Shown: positions 25,971 through 33,733 of the stretch, one piece after another
Layout: each line of letters begins with the position of its first letter
Position numbering within the stretch: position 1 is the stretch's first letter
NCBI GenBank assembly: GCA_029762535.1
Contig: JARVGK010000011.1
Coordinates: forward strand, 47,436 to 81,168
Origin: Thermoplasmatota archaeon
GTDB taxonomy: Archaea > Thermoplasmatota > Penumbrarchaeia > Penumbrarchaeales > Penumbrarchaeaceae
DNA: 33,733 nucleotides
Reading direction: 5' to 3'
Program-made: the position numbers and the translations under genes
Notes under the pieces: generated by a model
Told to the model about the DNA's origin: nothing
The model's input: only the letters and a program-made list of their open reading frames with translations
The model's database searches: none

Positions 25971-28900
25971 GTGGGGTCTCAGATGATAGGGAAGTTCGGT
26001 GCGCTCCTGCTCTCAGGATTTCTGCTTGTGTCGGGTTTGTTAGTTATCGAAGGTGATCCGATCTCCGGCGAGCCGACGAGGCTCGCCGTGGACGATCCAT
26101 CATACCGTATCCTACCGTTATTCGAGAACGCAACGACACTGGAGGATGAGCCATACAAGGCGGCCTACTTCTCCACGATGGGGAACCTCATCGTCAACTC
26201 GTTCATCACAGATGCCGACTGGCTATCATACGAGTACTCTGAGGCATTGGTAATGGACATGACCGACAACGTGGGCTTCTGGAGCTTCGATCAGGGGGAC
26301 GCGTACGACGCTTCCGGCAACAACATCCATGGGACCGTCCACGGGCCCACCTCGGCGGTGGGAATATCGGACTCGAGCATGTCCTTCCAATTCGACGGGG
26401 ACGATCACATAAGCATTCCCCACGATCCCCTTCTCAACATCACCGACGAGATCACAGTGGAGGCATGGATATTCCCCACTTTCGATGACACGAAGGAGCA
26501 CATGATCATCAGCAAGGGTGGCAACTGGAACTTCGAGGACCCCCAGTGCTACGAGCTCACGATCGATAAGGACAGGCCCCTGTTCCAGATGAAGCTCCCC
26601 CGATCGGAGGACTGGTATGGTGCCGCACCGGACGAGCCTATAACAAAGAACACCTGGCATCACGTAGCCGGCGTCTACGACGGGACCAGATTCAACATCT
26701 ACATCGACGGGGTGAACCAGACGAAGCTCTATACCGGATGGGGCGGGGATTACAAAGGGGCGGTCTACACAGGTGGTCTCCTCACGAGCTCACATAATAT
26801 CTCCATCGGCAGAAGGGAGCCTGCGACATGGGGATCGCTATACTACAAGGGGTCCATCGACGATGTCCGAATCTGGGACAGGGCCATCGGCGAGGAGGAG
26901 ATGATGCAGCATGCCGTGATCCCAGGGACGGCATGTATGGAGATCAGCGGGACCCCTGATAACGGAGATGTAGCCGAACACGATATCACCATCAACGTAA
27001 CGGACGGGGATGGAAGATACGCCCAGCGCAGGTTCACCCTTACTGTGGAAAACGTTCCTCCCACAATAATGACCGCGGACGTCCCTGAGGTATTGCAGGA
27101 CGAGCAGTATCTCGTCCAGTACGTATCAGACGAGGTGGGCGGGGACATACAGTGGTCCATCGTGACGGATGCATCATGGCTTTCGATGAACGCATCTACC
27201 GGAACGCTCGAGGGGATCCCCTCGAACGCTGACGTTGGGATCGTGGCCGTGACCGTGACCGTCGATGACGGGAACGGGGGCACCGATTCCTCCTCATTCG
27301 ATCTCGAGATCATCGACGTCAACGATGCGCCAATGATAATCACCGATAACGTCCTGACGGTGAAGCAAGGATCGTTATACCACGTCGAATACGAAGGGAT
27401 CGATATCGACGGCGAAGCACTGGAATGGTCCATGGTCACCGATGCATCCTGGCTCTCGATGGAACCTCATCTCGGCATACTCAACGGCACGCCTACGAAC
27501 GACGATGTCGGCGAACACGATGTGACGATAACCGCGAGCGATCCGAGGGGTCTGTCGGATTCGACAGAGTTCGTGCTGGAAGTGATCGACGTGAACGATC
27601 CCCCGTTCTGGACCGATGTACCGGATAACGATACAGTGATGGAGGGGGCAACATACCGCTACGACATCAACGCATCCGATATGGACAGGGACGACGTGAT
27701 AACCTACGAGCTCCTGACCTTTCCCCAGGCCGATGTTGTGTTCGATACCTCGACCGGCCTCCTTGAATGGAACGCTACGAGGTCCATCTTCTCCGATGCA
27801 AACCACACCTTGAAGTTCATGGTCAAGGCGAGGGATAAGGAACTGACCATAACTCACTCCTTCCATCTGGACCTTATCCTCAACCCCTCCCCTATTTCAA
27901 GGTTGATCTCCCCGTCGAACAATACCAGGGTATCGAACGTCACGACCCTCTCCTGGGAAGGAGAGGACGCGGACGCTCTGAAGTACGATATCTATCTCGG
28001 TCGATCGATGCAGGATGTGATCTCGCTCAGCGATTTGATCAGGATCGCGCATGACCTCGATGGGACCGAATACGTAATATCGGACCTGGAGGAGGGACAA
28101 ACGTATTACTGGACCGCGATACCTAAGGACAGGTACTCGCAAGGTAACTGCACGGATAACGTGTTTGGATTCTACGTGAACGTATTGCCCGTATCCGACC
28201 TGATCTCGCCATCTCAAGGGGAGACCGTTCCCTTCAGCAACGTCGTGCTATCTTTCCACGGCAGCGATCCCGACGATGATACCCTAATTTTCCATATCTA
28301 TCTCAGCACGGACCCTGAAGATATCCTTGACCTCTCACCAAGCGCACGAAGTATCGGGACATCCCCTTTCAAATTGGAAGATCCCGAACCCGGGGCCATA
28401 TACCACTGGACGGTGATCCCGGAGGATGGACTCGACCTTGGGACCTGCCGTAAAGGCATACTTCAGTTCAGAGTGAACGTTCCCCCTGAAATATTCGAGG
28501 TAGGGGATGTGATGGCCCGCGTCGGTTCCGAACTGCTGGTTCATGTTAACGGAACGGATGATGAGGACCTGGGGATCGATGCCTTCAGCCTCCTGGAACA
28601 TCCCATGGGCATGACCATAAACCCTGAATTGGGCCAAATAGTGTGGACGCCGAACGAGGACGATATAGGATATCACACCGTAGTGGTCCAGCTTAGCGAT
28701 GGATTCGATTCGGTCGATACATCGTTCATGATCGAGGTATTGCAGGCCGAAGCTGGAGTTGAGCCGACCGAACCGGGATCTTCAATAAACGCCATGATAG
28801 CGATTCTGGTGGTCGTCCTTGCCATCATACTTGTCGCGATTTTATTCATGTTGCTCCTCCTCAAGAGACAAAAAGATAAGCATTCTCAATTACATGATAA

Positions 28901-29126
28901 GGAAGGGGAGGTCTCTTCCCCTGACGAGGGGGCCGACATACCTCTGCAGGAGGATTCTACCGAATCTGTCGAGGATCTACCCCTGGGCAAGGATAAGGAT
29001 GAAATGGAGGACCCTGAAGGTCAGGTGACATCGGCACCTGACCAACCCAAAGAGGATCATGTAAACGTCGAATCCCAAGGCGAGATATCACCGCAGGATC
29101 TCGAGCCTCGCAAGGATATTATGTGA
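25971..29126 (+). CDS. Large secreted, C-terminally anchored surface protein (LamG + Ig/cadherin-like + FN3-like repeats)
   Basis: N-terminal signal peptide. LamG (ITVEAWI, WHHVAGVYDG, GSIDDVRIWDRA). TDASWLS...G.P.N.DVG and DVND repeats. YYW...P.D FN3-like units, then a TM helix and an acidic tail. Confidence 0.88.
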   Translation: MGSQMIGKFGALLLSGFLLVSGLLVIEGDPISGEPTRLAVDDPSYRILPLFENATTLEDEPYKAAYFSTMGNLIVNSFITDADWLSYEYSEALVMDMTDNVGFWSFDQGDAYDASGNNIHGTVHGPTSAVGISDSSMSFQFDGDDHISIPHDPLLNITDEITVEAWIFPTFDDTKEHMIISKGGNWNFEDPQCYELTIDKDRPLFQMKLPRSEDWYGAAPDEPITKNTWHHVAGVYDGTRFNIYIDGVNQTKLYTGWGGDYKGAVYTGGLLTSSHNISIGRREPATWGSLYYKGSIDDVRIWDRAIGEEEMMQHAVIPGTACMEISGTPDNGDVAEHDITINVTDGDGRYAQRRFTLTVENVPPTIMTADVPEVLQDEQYLVQYVSDEVGGDIQWSIVTDASWLSMNASTGTLEGIPSNADVGIVAVTVTVDDGNGGTDSSSFDLEIIDVNDAPMIITDNVLTVKQGSLYHVEYEGIDIDGEALEWSMVTDASWLSMEPHLGILNGTPTNDDVGEHDVTITASDPRGLSDSTEFVLEVIDVNDPPFWTDVPDNDTVMEGATYRYDINASDMDRDDVITYELLTFPQADVVFDTSTGLLEWNATRSIFSDANHTLKFMVKARDKELTITHSFHLDLILNPSPISRLISPSNNTRVSNVTTLSWEGEDADALKYDIYLGRSMQDVISLSDLIRIAHDLDGTEYVISDLEEGQTYYWTAIPKDRYSQGNCTDNVFGFYVNVLPVSDLISPSQGETVPFSNVVLSFHGSDPDDDTLIFHIYLSTDPEDILDLSPSARSIGTSPFKLEDPEPGAIYHWTVIPEDGLDLGTCRKGILQFRVNVPPEIFEVGDVMARVGSELLVHVNGTDDEDLGIDAFSLLEHPMGMTINPELGQIVWTPNEDDIGYHTVVVQLSDGFDSVDTSFMIEVLQAEAGVEPTEPGSSINAMIAILVVVLAIILVAILFMLLLLKRQKDKHSQLHDKEGEVSSPDEGADIPLQEDSTESVEDLPLGKDKDEMEDPEGQVTSAPDQPKEDHVNVESQGEISPQDLEPRKDIM

Positions 29127-29178
29127 CAAAACCAATATATGTTACGGCAAATATCCCGAGGATCCAAAGGCGAGACGG

Positions 29179-29697
29179 ATGAAGGCGATAGTATTGTACC
29201 GATCCAAAACCGGTTTCGTGAAAAGGTATGCTGAGTGGATCGCTGAGGAACTCTCCTGCGAGGCGGTTGACGCGAACGACTTCGATATGAAGGACCTGAA
29301 AGATCATGACACGATCGTTTACGGCGGGGGGCTCTACGCCGTGGGGATCAACGGACTCAAAGCGTTCAGGAAGCATCTCCCTGACCTCAAGGGGAAGAGG
29401 ATCGCGGTCTTCGCCACCGGGGCCTCCCCCTGGAGGCTAGAGGTGGTGGACGAGGTACGAAACAGGAACCTCACGGAGGAGGAGCAGAGTATGGTCGGTT
29501 TCTTCTACCTAAGGGGAGGGTTCGACCACGACAGATTGGGTGCAAAGGACAGACTGCTGATGACCCTGATGAAGAAGAGGCTAAAGAGCAAGAAGGAGCT
29601 CGACGAGGACGAGCGGGGGCTTCTCGCATCGTACGACCATCCCGTGGATTTCGTGGAACGGGAGAACATTGAGGATCTCGTTCATTACCTGAAATAG
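29179..29697 (+). CDS. Flavodoxin-domain protein (Flavodoxin_5/HemG-like)
   Basis: VLYRSKTGFVKRYAEWIAEEL, IVYGGGLYA and FFYLRGGFD motifs. Confidence 0.85.
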   Translation: MKAIVLYRSKTGFVKRYAEWIAEELSCEAVDANDFDMKDLKDHDTIVYGGGLYAVGINGLKAFRKHLPDLKGKRIAVFATGASPWRLEVVDEVRNRNLTEEEQSMVGFFYLRGGFDHDRLGAKDRLLMTLMKKRLKSKKELDEDERGLLASYDHPVDFVERENIEDLVHYLK

Positions 29698-29777
29698 GTA
29701 TGGAGGATCCCTGCCATCAGATGTAGAAATAAGTTTTTTATACATCATCCACCAATATGATAACACGGAGTGAAAAC

Positions 29778-30059
29778 ATGTCAGATGATGCACATAAGCA
29801 TCGAAGTTCCGGGATACCGAATGAACCCAACGAAGATGAGATACTGATGGAACTATCCGAGAGAGAGGACACTTACGAATGGATCTCGGAGAACTGGGAA
29901 GAACTGCAGGACCGGTTCGAAAAACAGTATGTTGCCATCAAGGACCGGAAGGTCATAGATCACGGCTACGGAATTGATGAACTCAGGGAGATCTTCACTT
30001 CTGACCCGATGATCGTCATTGAATTCTTCCCCGCAAAGAAGGCGGCAATGATCCTGTAG
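29778..30059 (+). CDS. DUF5678-like small protein
   Basis: WI.EN.EEL..RF..QYVAIKD.KVIDHG pattern. Confidence 0.7.
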   Translation: MSDDAHKHRSSGIPNEPNEDEILMELSEREDTYEWISENWEELQDRFEKQYVAIKDRKVIDHGYGIDELREIFTSDPMIVIEFFPAKKAAMIL

Positions 30060-30502
30060 TGATACGGATGAAGTTCTCTCTGGAGCGTGTGGACACCCTG
30101 CACGGCAGTCAGCTTTGGCTTCAGACCACCATATGGAATTCATCCAGAAGGATCCATGGGCCCGTCAAGTTCATAATCGATACAGGGGCGATGCATACGG
30201 TCATTGCATATGATCAAGCAGTAAGATTGGGATTCAATGTGGGATCTTTGAAGGAAGTCAAGAAATGTAGAGGCATATCCGAGGAGATCAATGCTTATCC
30301 GATCAGAAACAATATATTCTACATCAAGGGCAAAGATGAGAACGATAAGGATGCGTTGTTCAAGACACCCTTTGATATCGAGATCGTTGATAATCCAGGC
30401 AGGGGGTTGTTCAACCTCTTAGGGCTCGATTTCCTCATTACAAAAAATGCCCGGCTGATCATCGACTTTGAAAATAATGATAATTTCATCGAGATGGATT
30501 GA
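30059..30502 (+). CDS. Retropepsin-like single-domain aspartyl protease
   Basis: FIIDTGA catalytic motif and LLGLDFL psi-loop. Overlaps the upstream stop codon. Confidence 0.85.
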   Translation: MIRMKFSLERVDTLHGSQLWLQTTIWNSSRRIHGPVKFIIDTGAMHTVIAYDQAVRLGFNVGSLKEVKKCRGISEEINAYPIRNNIFYIKGKDENDKDALFKTPFDIEIVDNPGRGLFNLLGLDFLITKNARLIIDFENNDNFIEMD

Positions 30503-30555
30503 TCGACGACATTGATGAAATATCAAGTCCTCAACAGGACGGTGCGGATCGTCAT

Positions 30556-31572
30556 TCAATTTAACTTCAACGTCGAATATTTCGTTCTGAAATATTCATC
30601 CTCCACCTCTCCCACGATCTCCTCGAGTATGTCCTCGAGCGTCACGATCCCCGCATGCTCCTTTTTGTCGTTCATCACGATCGCCATGTGTATCCTCTCG
30701 GACCTCATCCTCTCGAACACATCCGTGATCTCATCCTCCTCCCTGACGATGAACGGCTTGCGGATAAGAGATGGTATGTCCGTATCCTTGGCCATCAGCA
30801 GGTCCTTGGAATACAGGATCCCCCGAACCCTGTGACCGTCGCCCATTATGGGTACGCGGGTAAAGCCCCTGGAGGATATGGACCCCTTCACTTCCTCGAG
30901 CGATGTCCCGTCATCCAGTATGAAGACGTCCTTCATGGGGACCATGACGTCTTTGACCTTCCTGTCCCCGAACTTGAAGACCCGGTGTATGATATCCCTT
31001 TCGATGGCCTTTATATTACCCTCGTCCTCCATGAGATCGGCGATCTCCTTGATGGAATCGTCGCTCGTCAGGAGGTGCTCGCTCCTTATCCTCCCTCCCG
31101 TGAGGCGGATGAATCCCCTGGACACATGGCCGAAGATCAGGGTCACTGGAGTGAGCAGGATGGTCAGGAGATGGATGAGAAAACCGTTCCTGTTGGCGAC
31201 CTTGACCGAATCGTGAATGGCCGAGTTCTTGGGGGTTATCTCGCCGAAAACTGTTATGAGGAACGTTATGACCCCTATCATTATCGAGACGCCGATCTCC
31301 GCGAACAGGGCGTTGGCGATCAACGCTGCCACCGATGAGAGGATTATATTGACTACATTGTTCCCGATGAGAAGTGTGATCAACGTCTTTTCCATGTTCT
31401 TCTTCAACTTCATGACGTGTCCGGCGTTCCTGAGGCCCTTTCTCTTCATCATGGCGATGTCCGAGACCGACAGGTTCGTCAACGCCGTCTCGGATCCCGA
31501 GAACCAACCGGAGAGGAAAATGAGGATTATCATGAGGATGAATAGGAGGATGAGAGTGGTGATCGTTCCCAT
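30556..31572 (-). CDS. CNNM/DUF21 + CBS-pair (CorB/hemolysin-family) membrane protein
   Basis: SGWFSGSETAL, LLIGNNVVNI, FGEITPK, FTRVPI and GIVTLEDILEEIVGE motifs. Confidence 0.93.
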   Translation of the reverse strand: MGTITTLILLFILMIILIFLSGWFSGSETALTNLSVSDIAMMKRKGLRNAGHVMKLKKNMEKTLITLLIGNNVVNIILSSVAALIANALFAEIGVSIMIGVITFLITVFGEITPKNSAIHDSVKVANRNGFLIHLLTILLTPVTLIFGHVSRGFIRLTGGRIRSEHLLTSDDSIKEIADLMEDEGNIKAIERDIIHRVFKFGDRKVKDVMVPMKDVFILDDGTSLEEVKGSISSRGFTRVPIMGDGHRVRGILYSKDLLMAKDTDIPSLIRKPFIVREEDEITDVFERMRSERIHMAIVMNDKKEHAGIVTLEDILEEIVGEVEDEYFRTKYSTLKLN

Positions 31573-31672
31573 TTGAGGCACCTTGCTACGGTCCGGCTAG
31601 ATGATACTTCTTGAGCTATATTTCTTATCTTTCATGAAGAGATAATAGTTATGCTTTTAAAGGGTACGAATA

Positions 31673-32347
31673 TCACAGGAACGAGAAGATATCCTTCTCG
31701 AACAACTTCTCGATCTCGAGGTTCTCCTCGAGGTAGTTCACTATCCTTCTGAGGTATTCCTTCTCGATATTGCCGTGTATGTCGATCCTGATATCATGCG
31801 TGAAAGGTTTTCTCGATCTATCCACCTTGACGAAGGCCTCGGCCTCCATCTCCGGACCGTCTATGACCCTGGCATTGGCGGAATCGATCCTCTCCTTCTT
31901 GAGCCATAGGTCCCCGATCTCGTCAAGGACGTTCCTCATATCGTATTCCAGTTCCGGATGGTCATAGACAAGGGCATCGTTGAGCTTGAGCTCGGCCAGG
32001 TTCCTGAACTTCGCCTTCGAGAGCGCCCTTAGGACCTTCTCCGTAACGGAGAGGACGTCGAAATCGGCGTCCTTGGGGTTCAATCCTACCACGCTGAGCA
32101 TTGCCTCAATGAAGCTCTCGTTCTCTTCGATCTCCTCTGCATCAAGATCGATGCGTATGGAGATGTCCCTCACCTCCGTGGAGGTGGGTTTGTTCATCTT
32201 CATCCGGCGGTCACCGTGAGTGACCGGCATCTCGACAGAAGGGAATATCCCGGGGTACAATCCCTCGATCTTCGCTGAATGCTTGCCCGAGGCCCCGGTG
32301 ATGGCCTTTATGTCCCTACGCACACCGTATGTTCTCTTTTCAGCCAT
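31673..32347 (-). CDS. Hypothetical protein
   Basis: 224-aa acidic ORF with host-like codon usage; no family recognised. Confidence 0.7.
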   Translation of the reverse strand: MAEKRTYGVRRDIKAITGASGKHSAKIEGLYPGIFPSVEMPVTHGDRRMKMNKPTSTEVRDISIRIDLDAEEIEENESFIEAMLSVVGLNPKDADFDVLSVTEKVLRALSKAKFRNLAELKLNDALVYDHPELEYDMRNVLDEIGDLWLKKERIDSANARVIDGPEMEAEAFVKVDRSRKPFTHDIRIDIHGNIEKEYLRRIVNYLEENLEIEKLFEKDIFSFL

Positions 32348-32398
32348 GTATCGCGTAAGGTCCCATCAAGGCTTAAAACCTCTGCCTGTGGATGATAT

Positions 32399-32557
32399 TC
32401 AATCCTTGACGATGACTACGTACGCCCTCCATCCCCGATATTTCTTCGGGACGTCGAGCTTCGCCGATGTCCCGAAGGGGGTGATCCTCTTCTCGTAGAT
32501 CAGCTCTATCTCCTCCGAGAGGCTCATACTGTCAGAAATTAGGTCCAGTTTTCTCAT
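32399..32557 (-). CDS. DUF2080-family small protein (52 aa, below the ORF-track cutoff)
   Basis: MRKLDLISDSMSLSEEIELIYEKRITPFGTSAKLDVPKKYRGWRAYVVIVKD*. An upstream TTTAAATA TATA box is present. Confidence 0.75.
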   Translation of the reverse strand: MRKLDLISDSMSLSEEIELIYEKRITPFGTSAKLDVPKKYRGWRAYVVIVKD

Positions 32558-32663
32558 ACCTTAGCATATATATTTAAATATATTTGTCATTTTCCAAAAA
32601 TAATGATATTTAATACTTTTCTCTCAAACCGTACCTTTTTTCAGGGTCATATAAACTTTTCTA

Positions 32664-33230
32664 TCATTCGGGGGATCTCCCCTTCTTCTTGATCGGATCC
32701 CTGTCGAAGGTCTCCTTCGCCCGGGCGATGACGATCCCCGCAGAAAATGAGACCATGAAAGATAAGAACTCGTATAGTGCGACGAGAGCAAGCAGCATCC
32801 TCGGAACTAAGTGTATCCCCTTGCCGAAGACAGCTATCAAGGCAATGGCGGACCCCATTACCAAAGCCGCCGCACATCCTAGAAAGGTCAGGACCAGGGA
32901 TCTCGTATAGCGTCTGCCCTTGTACGCGTACCAGCCGCCAAGCGTCTGCCCCCCCACCGCGAGCGCGAAAACCAACGCGATCAAGGTCGCAACTATCGAT
33001 ACGACCAGGAATATGAGTATCATGATCAGGATGAAAAGGGCGCATGCGTCCTTGAGAGGGTTCGCGCCCCTGTCCTCGCTGATCATAGCGATCGCTACAA
33101 CAATAAGTATGATGGCCAGAACCACTCCGGAAAAGCACAAGAGGACGGCGGAGACGAAATTCGGGACCCCCACCACCATCGAGGCGATCCCTGCGGCCTT
33201 CCTCCTCCCGATCGAACCCTCGACCGTCAT
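32664..33230 (-). CDS. Hypothetical multi-pass membrane protein
   Basis: About four long hydrophobic segments. Confidence 0.7.
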   Translation of the reverse strand: MTVEGSIGRRKAAGIASMVVGVPNFVSAVLLCFSGVVLAIILIVVAIAMISEDRGANPLKDACALFILIMILIFLVVSIVATLIALVFALAVGGQTLGGWYAYKGRRYTRSLVLTFLGCAAALVMGSAIALIAVFGKGIHLVPRMLLALVALYEFLSFMVSFSAGIVIARAKETFDRDPIKKKGRSPE

Positions 33231-33368
33231 GAGGATATCATCTTCAGGTTAGTATTAATAATATCTGCTATCGAAACTCGTGAAATAGTGTGGAAACCAA
33301 AGACATGTGTCACCCTTTTGCGTTAGGGGTTTCAGCCAATAAAACCCAAACCAAAAAGGTGACGACAC

Positions 33369-33733
33369 ATGATAGTATCCAGAGGAGATATATATTTTGA
33401 AAGAGAGCACATCGAACAGGTCAAGGAACTCCCCAAATATGCCAGGACAAGATACTTCGCTATCGTAAAAACCCTGGCTAGCAAACCGTTTGGGATCACA
33501 AGGGCTCAGGCTGCCAAGGCGATCAATACCAGTCTAAGACAGCTCTACAGGATCATTATCCGGTTTAAACAGGAAGGAATATCCGGACTCATCCATAGAT
33601 CCAGAAGACCCACAAGATCTCCAAACAAGACCTCCGACAAGGATGAGAAAGTAATCCAACAGGTCAGGGATGCATCCGGTTTCGGACCTGATGGGATCGC
33701 ATCCCTCATAGAGGAGAGCAACAAGAGGAAAGG
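33369..33733 (+). mobile_element. IS481-like transposase, N-terminal HTH part (runs off the window)
   Basis: Open frame MIVSRGD...ITRAQAAKAINTSLRQLYRIIIRFKQEGISGLIHRSRRPTRSPNKTS...GFGPDGIA, with the typical G..GL..RSRRP..SP..T motif. Confidence 0.75.

Noticed and set aside
30655-31576. Long antisense and alternate-frame ORFs over the CNNM gene (similar cases over the surface protein and pilins)
   Set aside because: Shadow ORFs arising from the codon bias of real genes.

Overview
Archaeal chromosomal window, probably from an uncultured Thermoplasmatota; this is inferred from the archaeal-type tRNA, DUF1628-like pilins, DUF2080 and an Ig/LamG surface protein. Left end: tRNA-Arg(GCG) flanked by structured partial copies of itself, a solo HicB-like gene, a BON protein and four type IV pilin-like genes. 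Two of these lack the canonical prepilin cleavage motif and one has an in-frame TAA. Centre: a complete type I-G (I-U) CRISPR-Cas locus (cas3, cas8g/csx17, csb1, csb2, cas4/1, cas2) with a Schlafen/AlbA_2-wHTH gene abutting csb2. The main array has 51 repeats, and a 3-repeat tail array is separated from it by a ~2 kb segment carrying a YhcG/DUF1016 nuclease. YhcG and AlbA-HTH relics and a diverged ~130-bp repeat bracket the locus. Right part: M48/YgjP peptidase, a two-gene cassette (pRiA4b ORF-3 family plus DUF6398-like) between 508-bp direct repeats, SagB-type nitroreductase, a 1051-aa surface protein, flavodoxin, a DUF5678 plus retropepsin pair, a CNNM/CBS protein, small genes and the start of an IS481-like transposase. 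GGATCC-centred REP-like hairpins punctuate many intergenic regions. All family calls come from motif recognition by eye; no searches were run.
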